A stretch of 64,000 bases of DNA, from NCBI GenBank assembly GCA_033763455.1, contig JANRKO010000033.1:128001-192000 (forward strand), given 5' to 3'. Positions 27,652-37,133 of this stretch are shown piece by piece. Below the pieces are notes generated by a model, which worked only from the letters and a program-made list of their open reading frames with translations, was not told where the DNA came from and did not search any database. The stretch's first letter is position 1. Every line of letters starts with the position of its first letter. The stretch comes from Polyangiaceae bacterium (lineage in GTDB: Bacteria > Myxococcota_A > Polyangia > Polyangiales > Polyangiaceae). A program made the position numbers and the translations under genes.

Positions 27652-30600
27652 ATGAGCCCCGTGAAAACAGCGTGTGGCGCGTGGTGCTGGTGTTTGCTGA
27701 TCGTTGCGGCGGGCGCCTGCGGGCCTGCGGGCAAACCGGCGCCCACTGCCGGACCCCTGAAGACCAGCTGGCTGGCCCCCATGCGGAATCAGTCGAGTGA
27801 GTGGAGATACCACCCCAAGAAACCTGCGACGATGCGTGCCACGTTCGCGGTGGGAGCGGACACCGTACTTGCTGGGGACCGTGGTGAACGCTGGCTCATC
27901 GAGCCCGGTAGAGCTGGCGTACGCACGGCGCCCATGCTCGCACCGGAAATGTTGGTGGACGTAGTCAATCCGGAACCCCAAGCCTGGTGGTTCATCGGTG
28001 CGAGCGGCACTGTTTACCAGGCTGCATCGCCGCTGGGTCCGTTCGTACGCTCTGCATCGCCACAACAGCCCCTCGCACAAGTCGCGGCAGCTCCGGCTGC
28101 GCTACTTGGAGTGACTCAGCGGGGTGCCCTCGTGCTCAGTCGCGATGGCGGCGTAGTCTGGGACTCGCTGAAAACCGACGGGGCACGCTTTGTAGATGTC
28201 GCCGTAAATTCGGATGGCCGGGCCCTAGCGCTCTCCGTTCCTGAGCGACTTTGGTCGGCGGATTTGCCAGATCTGCGCTTTACGCCACTCGACCTCGCAC
28301 CCGTAGGAGCGCTCAGCCTTGAGACTGTAACTGGGGATCTTCAGGTTGTCGGGCTTTACGAAAGGTACGCCCTTACTCGGGAGCGCCGCCTCGAACCGCT
28401 TGAGAAATCGGCCCCATCCACGGTCACAGGTTTTACGCCGCCACTCGGCCCAGATGCGGCGGCGTTAGTGCAAGGTCGAGCTAGCCTGGACGGTGGTGTC
28501 TACGCAGAAGCGCGCGAAGGTGAGAACGGTTGGGACCTTGTGAGCGGACGGCTGGGGGAGGATCTACAGCGACGTCGCCTACCAGGCACCTCGGAGTGCA
28601 AAATGCTGAAGCTCGCCGCGGCCGGCAGCCACATTTACTTTGCATGTGGAGCAGCCACAGGCGGAGGCACCCAGGAGCTGCTGCTTTACCGCAGCCAAGA
28701 CTCGGGTCTTCACTTCGAGCGAGAACCTTACGTCGTCTTGGGCAACACCTATTCGCTGCGGATGGCAACGGGCCGGCAGGGGCACCTCTTGGTCACCGGC
28801 ATCTGCGATCTCGGAGATACGGCTACGAGCTGCCAACCGAACGGCGTGTTCGTGAGAGCTCCCAATGCACAGCACAAGCTTGGGCGACGCCTCCTCCGGC
28901 GCGCACTGCTTCCGGGCCTAAGGGGCACCGCCCAGGCGGTAACATTTTCTTCAGATGGCGTCCGCGCCTATGCGATCGGTGCTCGCAATCGCTCCCAACA
29001 GCCCGCGCTCTTCCTATCCCAAGACGCCGGCGTTTCCTTCGATACAAGCCTCGTAGACTCGCGCGAGAACGGCCCGAATTCAGGCGATAGAACCACGGGC
29101 AATGAGTCCCTTGGAACCGCGGTGCGCGCCGCGAGCGGCCCCAACAACACGCTAGCTGTCTCTTTTGACACCGGGAGCAAACAGATAGCGCTTATTTTTG
29201 ACCAAAACGGCCAGCTGCTGGCGCGCGCAACGCCTCCAGAAACAGCGCGTGTGCTTGCGGCCGCCGGCACCAGCCTAGTGGCTTGGTCCGAAACAACTGG
29301 AATTGGCTACATAACACTAGACGCAGGCGCGAGCTGGCAAAGCTTGGGGCCGCTTCCGGCTAACCTCTGCGAGCCAGGCCAGCGCTGCTCCCCCGCCATA
29401 GCCTGCGAAACTAGTGGTTGTGTATTCTCGGACACACTTACCAGGCTAGGCTGGGGGTTACCCAGCGAGCCAAACCAGCCACTTTTGAGGGCTCCGGAAG
29501 CCTCCACCCCACGAACGGAGCGCCACGTGCGGACCGCAATAAGCTGCCAATTGGGGGCTGATCCATGGCGCCCTCTGGAGGGAGCCGCCTACGCGCCCGA
29601 GGCGTCCGACGCCGCCATTGGAGAGGTGGACTGGATGGTTCCAGCCGTGAAAGCGGCCGACCGGGCCGTGGAGGTATTACACCAGCGCGGCGAGAAGCTA
29701 GAGCGCAAGTCGCTGTTAGCCAAGGTTCCTGACCCAAGCCGTTACGCTTTCAACGTTTACTCGCAAATCGAGGGTGTGGCCGCCATCCGTTACCCGCTTC
29801 CTACTCCAGAACGACCCACGCTTTCCAATATCGAGGTTGCTTGGGCGAATTACTTCACCAAAGCAATCGTCCACCAAGCCAAGTTGCCCACAGCGGGGCC
29901 CTACCTACCGGGGGACTACAAACAATCTGAAAGGGATCCCAAGCTAAATGAGGCCATGGCTGATCTTGTGAGCATCGCCGAGGGTGGAGTGTTCGTGCGG
30001 CCCCACAAAAGCCCTGAGGGGCGCCAAATCACCTACTTTCTAGACGGCCGCAGCGTTCAGCAGCTGGGGCCCGTAAAGTGGCCAAAGAGCCAGCTAGACG
30101 CGCGGCTAGCTTCTGAAATCGCTGTCGTGGGAGGTCAATTTCTGCCGCTGCTGCTTGAGTCAGACGGCGCCATGGTAGTTCGAGCTCGCGCGCAGGGCGA
30201 CACCTTTGAGTTCGCCCCCATGACAACAGGCCTCCTATCCCCACAAAGTTCCCAACTGTTGCAACGTCGAAGCGTTGTCTACTTGAACGGAGCGGCGGCT
30301 CTTTATGTGCACCAGGAAGACGCTTTCGGCACTTTCTCAGAGGCCTCAGCTTTCCCATTCCAAGCGCTGGGTGCGCCAGTGGGTGCAGCCGTGCGCGTTC
30401 CAACGCAACTCCAAGCAGGTGATCCCCCCTCGCCGTGTGGTGCTCCTGCACGGGCCAACACTCCGCGCACAATCTCCCTTCTCACGGGTGGCACACGCCA
30501 CCCTGTGCTCATCACCGAAGGGACCGAGCCCTTACGAACGCTCCTCACCAATAACGCGGTGATGTACGGCACGCTGGCTGAACCTTGTGTCGCCACGTTC

Positions 30601-30819
30601 GACGCTCAACCTCTCAAAGAGGATCGCAGCCTCGGTGAGCGTGCCCTGGTCGCTCCTGGAAATGGGGCCCATTCTTGGCTATTTCGGCGGCAACCGGGCG
30701 ACGAACAAGGCCCGACCCGCATCGAATACCACAGCATGCAGTGTCTGTATGATCCAGCGGCCCAGGTGCCAGAAGAAGTGTTCGAGGCGGTGGGCACGCG
30801 GCGAGAACCGCGTCCCTGA
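27652..30819 (+). CDS. large exported lipoprotein with Asp-box/BNR repeats (beta-propeller-like)
   Basis: Lipobox AGA-C; SRDGGVVW, SQDSGLHF, SQDAGVSF, TLDAGASW Asp-box-like motifs; 1055 aa. Confidence 0.75.
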   Translation: MSPVKTACGAWCWCLLIVAAGACGPAGKPAPTAGPLKTSWLAPMRNQSSEWRYHPKKPATMRATFAVGADTVLAGDRGERWLIEPGRAGVRTAPMLAPEMLVDVVNPEPQAWWFIGASGTVYQAASPLGPFVRSASPQQPLAQVAAAPAALLGVTQRGALVLSRDGGVVWDSLKTDGARFVDVAVNSDGRALALSVPERLWSADLPDLRFTPLDLAPVGALSLETVTGDLQVVGLYERYALTRERRLEPLEKSAPSTVTGFTPPLGPDAAALVQGRASLDGGVYAEAREGENGWDLVSGRLGEDLQRRRLPGTSECKMLKLAAAGSHIYFACGAATGGGTQELLLYRSQDSGLHFEREPYVVLGNTYSLRMATGRQGHLLVTGICDLGDTATSCQPNGVFVRAPNAQHKLGRRLLRRALLPGLRGTAQAVTFSSDGVRAYAIGARNRSQQPALFLSQDAGVSFDTSLVDSRENGPNSGDRTTGNESLGTAVRAASGPNNTLAVSFDTGSKQIALIFDQNGQLLARATPPETARVLAAAGTSLVAWSETTGIGYITLDAGASWQSLGPLPANLCEPGQRCSPAIACETSGCVFSDTLTRLGWGLPSEPNQPLLRAPEASTPRTERHVRTAISCQLGADPWRPLEGAAYAPEASDAAIGEVDWMVPAVKAADRAVEVLHQRGEKLERKSLLAKVPDPSRYAFNVYSQIEGVAAIRYPLPTPERPTLSNIEVAWANYFTKAIVHQAKLPTAGPYLPGDYKQSERDPKLNEAMADLVSIAEGGVFVRPHKSPEGRQITYFLDGRSVQQLGPVKWPKSQLDARLASEIAVVGGQFLPLLLESDGAMVVRARAQGDTFEFAPMTTGLLSPQSSQLLQRRSVVYLNGAAALYVHQEDAFGTFSEASAFPFQALGAPVGAAVRVPTQLQAGDPPSPCGAPARANTPRTISLLTGGTRHPVLITEGTEPLRTLLTNNAVMYGTLAEPCVATFDAQPLKEDRSLGERALVAPGNGAHSWLFRRQPGDEQGPTRIEYHSMQCLYDPAAQVPEEVFEAVGTRREPRP

Positions 30820-30875
30820 AACGCGCCGCTCTGGACACCTACGCACTCACGGCCGGGGAGCGCACCTGCCGGTAC

Positions 30876-30910
30876 CGCCTCTCGTGCCCAAACGCCTCTC
30901 GTGCCCGAAC
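30876..30910. repeat. 17-bp tandem repeat flanked by a 7-bp inverted repeat in a convergent intergenic region
   Basis: cgcctctcgtgcccaaa followed by cgcctctcgtgcccgaa; ccggtac (30869-30875) and gtaccgg (30919-30925) flank it. Confidence 0.75.
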
Positions 30911-30932
30911 TTCCTTCAGTACCGGAACGTCC

Positions 30933-31976
30933 TCACAGATTGGAGTTGAGCGGATCGTATTCGTCGTTGGCGCGCGCCTTACGCTTGGCACCCGACTGCT
31001 TCAGTGGATCATTCATGCTGGAGCTTGAACGCGACGAGACTCCCGCAGAAACACCTCCAGTCGGTCTTCTCGAACGACGCTTTGAAATGCTTTCGTTCTT
31101 CACGCTAGCGCCAGCATCATCGGAGGCCTCGTCTTCCCGACCGGTAGACTGGCGCAGCAAGTGATCTGGCACTTCGACCGTTTGGTAGGCGTCTCGGTAC
31201 TCTTTGACCAATTCATCGACGGCCCGCGGAGTACCGAAAGCCGGGCCCCCGAGCAGCGACTGATCAAGTGCATCGTTCCGGAACAGCGCGACTCCGCCGA
31301 ACACCAACGCAACGCCAACAAGCAATGCGACCGAACCCCGGCCCATACTCGGCCCAGAAGGAAGCGGTGCTGGCGGCAGCGTGAAGGCAGCTGGGGCGAG
31401 GCTTGCAGGAAGCGCACTACTCACGACCGGAACGGAACCCGGCGGCGCCGAAGCAACCACCGGAGCCGCTGGCTTGGAGACTGGTGGCCAAGCGCTGTCG
31501 GTCTGCGCGACCACGAACTCAGCCCGGGGCGGTGCCGAAACCTGCGTTCGCGCTTGCACGCCGCTTTGGCTCGACGCTGTTGAATACGGCGCGCCCGCGG
31601 CAGGCCTAGAATTGATGCCACTCACCGGTGCGCCGGGCTCTGGAAGCGCCGGCTCCCGGGCCACTGTGGCACTTTGAGGGCCGCTCGTTCTTCGCGGCGG
31701 CGGGGCGGAGCCCAACGGCGGAGGACCACCTTGTGGGTAGGCTTGTGGAACCATGGCGGGGGATGCCGCAATAGCAGATTGGGCAGGAGCTTCAGGCTCA
31801 ACCCCAAGCACACTGCCCAGCGTTTCCCAGCCTTCCATGCCCTGCTGCCAAACGAGCGTCGCGTCGTCGATGATGCCCAGGCGATAAAAATCATCAAGCT
31901 TCTCGAGCGTCAGTGTGCGCGTGTCGCCATCGGAAAACTGCACTTGCCAGTTCTCTTCGGGAGCCTCTTCGTCCAT
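30933..31976 (-). CDS. GYF_2 (DUF4339)-domain membrane protein
   Basis: G.I...TLVWQQGMEGW..L GYF_2 signature, long Pro/Ala linker, TM helix, tail ending YDPLNSNL; start at ATG 31976. Confidence 0.8.
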   Translation of the reverse strand: MDEEAPEENWQVQFSDGDTRTLTLEKLDDFYRLGIIDDATLVWQQGMEGWETLGSVLGVEPEAPAQSAIAASPAMVPQAYPQGGPPPLGSAPPPRRTSGPQSATVAREPALPEPGAPVSGINSRPAAGAPYSTASSQSGVQARTQVSAPPRAEFVVAQTDSAWPPVSKPAAPVVASAPPGSVPVVSSALPASLAPAAFTLPPAPLPSGPSMGRGSVALLVGVALVFGGVALFRNDALDQSLLGGPAFGTPRAVDELVKEYRDAYQTVEVPDHLLRQSTGREDEASDDAGASVKNESISKRRSRRPTGGVSAGVSSRSSSSMNDPLKQSGAKRKARANDEYDPLNSNL

Positions 31977-32383
31977 CAAGTCGCGGCCTAGATCGGTTGC
32001 ACTTTGCACAGGTGAGGTCCTTTCCCCAGATTTGCGGAAGGCCTTGTTGTAGCAATCCCCCGCGCTCCGGGTAGCCAAGAATCAAACTTGGCGCCGCGAA
32101 GTTGCACGCGAATTCGGTCACCAGCAAATCATTCCAATCTCAAAACACAGCTCACCGGATTTCGGACATGAGCTTATTGTTGAGCTCGACTCCACAACGC
32201 ACAGATTCGAGCTGGGTGTGAATGATGAAGCGTGGCTATTCGAATGAGGATCGAGTGGTTTCCAACAGGAAACAGAAAGTTATGAGTCGCCAACCACTAA
32301 CAATGGAGGCAAGGTGGCGGTGCCCGGCGTTGAGCCCGGACATCTCACAACCAAACCAAGCTAACGGATTACCGAGGTGCACC

Positions 32384-33127
32384 ATGGGTCGAAATGATTG
32401 GCAGAAAGCCGCAAACGAGGAAAATTTCGTAGCCGTAAGTGGTGCTCCAAAAAAAGGCGGTGTTCTTCCCGTGCTCGGAAGCCTCTTGGCGCTCGGTGCA
32501 CTCGGAGCACTCGTAAGCTACTACCTACCGCTCTATCGGGCTCACGAAACGCTGAACGGCGAATATGTGAAGCTTGCGATCCACAGCCGCGAACAGCAAG
32601 AAAAGCTGAGCCAAGCCGGCACGGCATTAAGCCGTGTGGCGGCCGAACGCGACGCCTTGAAAGCCGAACGCGGAGGCAATCAGCAGGATGCGGAAACACG
32701 CAAAGCCGCACTCCAAGCCCTTCAGAAAAGCTTAGAGGCAGCACTTGCTACGTCGACGGCCAAAAAGCTTATCGCGCTGAACGCTACGGAAACCGGAATC
32801 GAAATTCAGTTCCAAAGCCCCAGCCTCTTCAAGAACGACGCCAGTGCGCCCACGCCCGCGGGCAAGGCGCTCCTCTGCAGCATCGCAAAGGCCGCGGGCA
32901 AGGCCGTGCGTTTTGAAGTGGCAGGCTCCGCCGCCGCAAGCGAGGTTAAGAAGCCCGCCCTCAAGGCCTTCCCTTCTGCTTGGCACTTGGGTGTAGCGCG
33001 CGGCGCCAGCGCGGCTCAGGCGCTCGCTGAAACCTGCAAGCTTGCCGAAACTCAGTTGGTGGCTTCCGGCAAACCGGCAGGAGATGCCGCAAGTTCTGCT
33101 ATCCTCGCTCTCCGTCTCAGTCTGTAG
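32384..33127 (+). CDS. MotB/OmpA-like membrane-anchored coiled-coil protein (degenerate)
   Basis: gaggtg SD before ATG 32384; TM helix, coiled coil, LF...SA..T..GK..L and FPSAWHLGVARGASAAQAL resembling MotB SNWELSxARA. Confidence 0.7.
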   Translation: MGRNDWQKAANEENFVAVSGAPKKGGVLPVLGSLLALGALGALVSYYLPLYRAHETLNGEYVKLAIHSREQQEKLSQAGTALSRVAAERDALKAERGGNQQDAETRKAALQALQKSLEAALATSTAKKLIALNATETGIEIQFQSPSLFKNDASAPTPAGKALLCSIAKAAGKAVRFEVAGSAAASEVKKPALKAFPSAWHLGVARGASAAQALAETCKLAETQLVASGKPAGDAASSAILALRLSL

Positions 33128-33782
33128 TGGCAACCGGCTGAACAGCGCCGCGCCCGCGGGTGGCCGCTTGGGCACTTGTTCCCCACAGAGCCACCCTGCG
33201 CGTATCGTCCTTTAGGCGGGCCTTCTTTACACCCGAAATGCGGGGCTTCTCGGCGAGCTCACGCAGTTCCTTTTCCTCAGGCCAGTGAAACCCAGCCCCG
33301 CGCACACGCACCGTAAGAGGCGCCACAAGCGCCAAAGGCCGCTCGGTGAGCTCACTTTCTCGCAGTACGAGGCAGCTCTCCGAAACGCCAAAATGCTCGG
33401 CCAAGGGAGCACTCTTTTCGCCCACTACACTCTGCGCTCGAAAAAAACTTGTGCGGGGGATCAAAAGGCTCGCTGCGATACCTAAAGCGGCCTCGCTGGC
33501 TTCCTCAGGCTTGAGCGACGCTCGAGTAAGCCACCACTTCGCCAGCTCATAGGCTAGGGCCCAACGGCGCCGCACCGGAGGCAAGCTCGCACGCACGTAG
33601 ATGCGCGGAGCGCCGTTTACAGTGATGAGCCCACACTCGCGGTTGAGTGCTGGGGAGGTTACCAACACTGGCTTATGGCCGAGCAACTTGCACACGAGTG
33701 CCTCAGGCTGGACACGCTGGGCCCACTGTTGGCAGTGCTTCAGGAGAGCTTCGGAGATGCGTTCTTGTTCATTGAGCTTCAT
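33117..33782 (-). CDS. ImmA/IrrE (Peptidase_M78/DUF955)-like protein, predicted catalytically inactive
   Basis: IYV......RRRWALAYELAKWWL...AASLLIPR...LAEHFGVSE..L.LR matches IrrE architecture, but HExxH reads YELAK; start at ATG 33782. Confidence 0.75.
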   Translation of the reverse strand: MKLNEQERISEALLKHCQQWAQRVQPEALVCKLLGHKPVLVTSPALNRECGLITVNGAPRIYVRASLPPVRRRWALAYELAKWWLTRASLKPEEASEAALGIAASLLIPRTSFFRAQSVVGEKSAPLAEHFGVSESCLVLRESELTERPLALVAPLTVRVRGAGFHWPEEKELRELAEKPRISGVKKARLKDDTRRVALWGTSAQAATRGRGAVQPVATTD

Positions 33783-34063
33783 GCGCCGAAGAATTGCGCG
33801 ATCGCGCTGCCCCCGTCCATGTGATGTAGGACAAACAATGTCCCGCCGGCAGCTAAGGCCAGCCGCAACTAAGCGCTGCGTACGGAGGCTCTGTGCCGGT
33901 GTCGATCTAACGCGTGCGCTAAGCGCCAAGGGATTCGTGCCGGTGCTGTGGTTGGCTGTAAAGTGCGGCAAATAAACAAAACGCTCTGGCCGCAGCGCCA
34001 GGAGGTGCCCCGAAAAGCGGGAAATGGACACGGCTTGCCGGAAGGAATGATACAAGCCCTCGC

Positions 34064-35191
34064 GTGGAGAATAACGATGCCGAGCCAGGATTTGAGAGTC
34101 TTTCCGAGCTGGAGCTCACGCCCGAGATATTAAAAGGCTTTGAACAAGATCGCATCACTTCGCCCACCACCGTGCAACGGCTAGGGATCCCAGCAATTTT
34201 AGCTGGAAAAAACGTGGTATTGGCCTCCGGCACCGGCACCGGCAAGACGTTAGCTTACGCTCTCCCCATTCTCCAAAAGCTCCGCCATTCAACCGAAGGC
34301 CGCGCCCTCTGCATCACGCCCGCCACCGAGCTCGCCGTTCAGATCCAAAGGACGCTGGAGCGCTACAAAGATCCTGCTCTCAAGCTTGGAGCCTTGGTGG
34401 CTAGCGGGAACGTTAGAAAACAGCGCACTGACATTCAGAAAAGCACGCGCTTTATTGTGGGCACTACCGGCCGCGTGTTGGAGATGTACGCGGAAAGAAA
34501 GCTCAAGGGCGTGAACACGATTATCCTCGACGAGCCGGAGCCCGTGTTAGCCAGCAAAGGGGGCGAATTCTTGATGGAGGTGCTTTCGCGGCCTGAGCCG
34601 AAGCTGCAAATCATCCTCGCTGGCGCCACCATGGGCAGGCACGCCGAAGCCGTTATCGCTAAAGTGATGGGCAAAGACGTAGTGCGTCCGGAAATCGCTG
34701 AAAGCCCGCTGCACACCTTGATTCAACACTACTTCGTACCCGTGCGTGATCCTGCGCAGAAGGACCTCGCGATCGCGCGGTTCCTTCAGAACAATCGCTG
34801 CCGGCAGGTGATCTTATTCGTGAACCAACCCCATCTGATCCGGCATATTTTTCGCTTCCTCAAAGACTCCGGGGAATATCCCGTTACGGTGAGCCACGAT
34901 CGCTCGAAGGCCGACTGCAAGCAAGCCCTCATCGATTTTGCACAAGGCAACGTGAATGTGCTCATCACCACGGATCAAGCCGCCACGGGCCTCGACATTC
35001 CGGACATTGAATGGGTGCTGCACTACGAGCTACCAACATCGGCTCCAGGCTACCTGCATCGCGCCGGGCGCACTGGGCGTGCTGGCCGTTCTGGGTCTTC
35101 GGTGGTGTTTACCGTTGAAAGTGAGCGCGCGCTGATGCAGCGTTTCGGCCGTGAGTTGAAGCTGGAATTTCAGGCCTTCCCTCGGCACTAG
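34064..35191 (+). CDS. DEAD/DEAH-box RNA helicase-like protein with atypical motifs
   Basis: Q motif (PTTVQ), GTGTGKTLAY, LDEPE in place of DEAD, GAT, GLDIP, YLHRAGRTGRAG. Confidence 0.9.
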   Translation: MENNDAEPGFESLSELELTPEILKGFEQDRITSPTTVQRLGIPAILAGKNVVLASGTGTGKTLAYALPILQKLRHSTEGRALCITPATELAVQIQRTLERYKDPALKLGALVASGNVRKQRTDIQKSTRFIVGTTGRVLEMYAERKLKGVNTIILDEPEPVLASKGGEFLMEVLSRPEPKLQIILAGATMGRHAEAVIAKVMGKDVVRPEIAESPLHTLIQHYFVPVRDPAQKDLAIARFLQNNRCRQVILFVNQPHLIRHIFRFLKDSGEYPVTVSHDRSKADCKQALIDFAQGNVNVLITTDQAATGLDIPDIEWVLHYELPTSAPGYLHRAGRTGRAGRSGSSVVFTVESERALMQRFGRELKLEFQAFPRH

Positions 35192-35214
35192 TACACACCA
35201 CCAAAGGGCGAAGG

Positions 35215-35517
35215 CTATTGCTGCCGGAGGTTCTGCATGTCGCGCTTGAGCTCGCGATCCAAGAAGAACGTTCCGCCTGGGATAAGCGAAAGCACGAATG
35301 CGCTGAGCCAGCGTCGCAACGGCCAATCCTGCGCAGTAGCTGCAGACACCAAGGCTCCGACGAATGCGATAAACAACGCCCCGTGCAACGCACCAACTAC
35401 TCGCACCGCGGCCGACTCGGCCCATATGTACTTGAGAGGCATTGCCACCAACAGCAAGACGAGGAAGGAGACGCCTTCGAGCAACGCAACCACCCGTAAG
35501 ACCATCAGGCCCCTCAC
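35215..35517 (-). CDS. DUF3817 family small membrane protein
   Basis: VALLEGVSFLVLL.VAMPLKY, GALHGALF, IPGGTFF; GTGA overlap with the GST stop. Confidence 0.85.
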   Translation of the reverse strand: MRGLMVLRVVALLEGVSFLVLLLVAMPLKYIWAESAAVRVVGALHGALFIAFVGALVSAATAQDWPLRRWLSAFVLSLIPGGTFFLDRELKRDMQNLRQQ

Positions 35518-36152
35518 GAAGCCCTGGCCCCCGGGCGCGGCTGCCCCACAAAAGACTGAACACTTTTCCGCTCCCACGCACGATCAAAGTAACGCTCTAC
35601 CTCTTGGGGCAAGACATCACCGTTGAGCCGCAGCCGGCCAAGGGCCAGCGCCAGATCCGCATCGGCACAGCTGAACTCAGCAAAGAGCCAGGGCTCGTTT
35701 TGGATCAGCAACCGCTCCGTTAACCCAACCAGCTTCTCCGCATCCCGCAGGGCTTGCTCCGAAAGTGGCACGCTAGCGCGTTCGTAAAACATCGACTCCG
35801 TGGAGCGCTCTTTCCTGAGCTGAAATAGATCTGAACGTAAAAAGCCCATCACCTGCCGTGCCCGTGCGCGTTCACGAACCCCTCGCGGTAAACAAGGCGC
35901 GAAGGCTGGACTCGGAAAGCTTTCCTCCAGGTATTCCACGATGGCGAGAGATTCGCTGAGCCAGAAGCCCTCATGCTCGACCGTGGGCACGCGTGCCGTC
36001 AGCGAAGCGCCCGCAAATTCAGCACGCCTCTGATCTCCGCGCTCCAGATCTAAGACGGTGAACGTGAAGGGGACACCTTTTTCATTCAGAGCCACCCACA
36101 CCGTGAACACCCACGGGCTATCCCATTTGTGCTCAACGTAGAGGGTTACCAT
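35514..36152 (-). CDS. glutathione S-transferase (YfcF-like)
   Basis: SPWV..V.VAL.EKG, SLTARVP, LSESLAIVEYLEE, ARARQV...LRSDL..L..ERST, FS.ADADLAL. Confidence 0.9.
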   Translation of the reverse strand: MVTLYVEHKWDSPWVFTVWVALNEKGVPFTFTVLDLERGDQRRAEFAGASLTARVPTVEHEGFWLSESLAIVEYLEESFPSPAFAPCLPRGVRERARARQVMGFLRSDLFQLRKERSTESMFYERASVPLSEQALRDAEKLVGLTERLLIQNEPWLFAEFSCADADLALALGRLRLNGDVLPQEVERYFDRAWERKSVQSFVGQPRPGARAS

Positions 36153-36189
36153 GCGAAGGCTCGTAACGAGGCAGAACGAACGCTAGCGA

Positions 36190-36873
36190 TTATTGGGTGT
36201 CTGCACCACCCGCACCACCCGCTGAGCCGCCCGGCAGACCGTTGATCCAATCTGCCACGCATTTGAGCTCCTCGCTGGTAAACGGAACCAACGGGGCGTC
36301 CTTCTTTTCAGGCTCCGGCATTTGCTGCCCGCACTCGGCGGGCGGAGTGCCCGCGAGCTTGATGTAGAGCAAGCTCGTTTCCGCGTCCCCTGGGACGACA
36401 ACGGTTCGAGTGGGGCAATTCAAGGTTGCCGTCTTCATTCCCATCTTGCCCACCCACCCTTCGAGCGAAGCCACGATATGAAAGCCATTGGGACCGAAGT
36501 GGCAATCATCGCAACGCCTCGCGTTGAATAACGCCGCCAGCGTTGCCGTATCGCAATTGGACAGATCGAGAACGGTACCCGCTCCACCGGTTACACCGGC
36601 GCCGCCCGTGCTCGTGCCACCACTCGCATTGCCTCCGCCCGTACCGCCCGCTGACGTGCCTCCCGACGACGCGCCCCCGCTCTTGGTGCCACCGCTGCCC
36701 CCAGAGCCCACTACAAGCATCCCGCCCGTTCCTGCTCCAGGCTTTCCTCCAGACGCTGCCCCTCCTGATCCAGAAGGTGTAACCACTGGGCTCCTACCGC
36801 CCGATTCATCGGAACAAGCTGCTGAGAGAGCCACCAAACCTACGAGCGCACAGATGGGAATGTTCAGGTTCAT
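36190..36873 (-). CDS. lipoprotein with Gly-rich linker and c-type heme (CxxCH) domain
   Basis: Lipobox SAA-C, Gly/Ser/Thr linker, RCDDCH, VVPGD.ETSLLY.KL, QQMP, WING (planctomycete cytochrome c-like pattern); start at ATG 36873. Confidence 0.75.
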   Translation of the reverse strand: MNLNIPICALVGLVALSAACSDESGGRSPVVTPSGSGGAASGGKPGAGTGGMLVVGSGGSGGTKSGGASSGGTSAGGTGGGNASGGTSTGGAGVTGGAGTVLDLSNCDTATLAALFNARRCDDCHFGPNGFHIVASLEGWVGKMGMKTATLNCPTRTVVVPGDAETSLLYIKLAGTPPAECGQQMPEPEKKDAPLVPFTSEELKCVADWINGLPGGSAGGAGGADTQ

Positions 36874-37133
36874 CGCGACGCGAAGCATGCCTGATCGTCC
36901 TCCGCCTTGCCACCAGATTTGCGACTGCATCGCACCTTGGGCGAAGACGCTGAACACTTCTCGAGTTTCCAGGAAAAACTGTCGCAAGCAGGCGGATTGC
37001 TTGGAATGGGCAGCTCGCACACCACCCGGATCCTTCAAGCTGGTGATTTTTCCGACATATTCCCACCCAAGTTTCGAATTGTCCTCCACTCCGTCAGCGC
37101 TAGATAGCCGGGAGGAACGGGAAGAAGTCGGCC

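Noticed and set aside
31977..32383. Lower-GC 400-nt intergenic region as an ncRNA or riboswitch
   Set aside because: No recognisable conserved RNA motif or strong stem; adequately explained as a divergent promoter region
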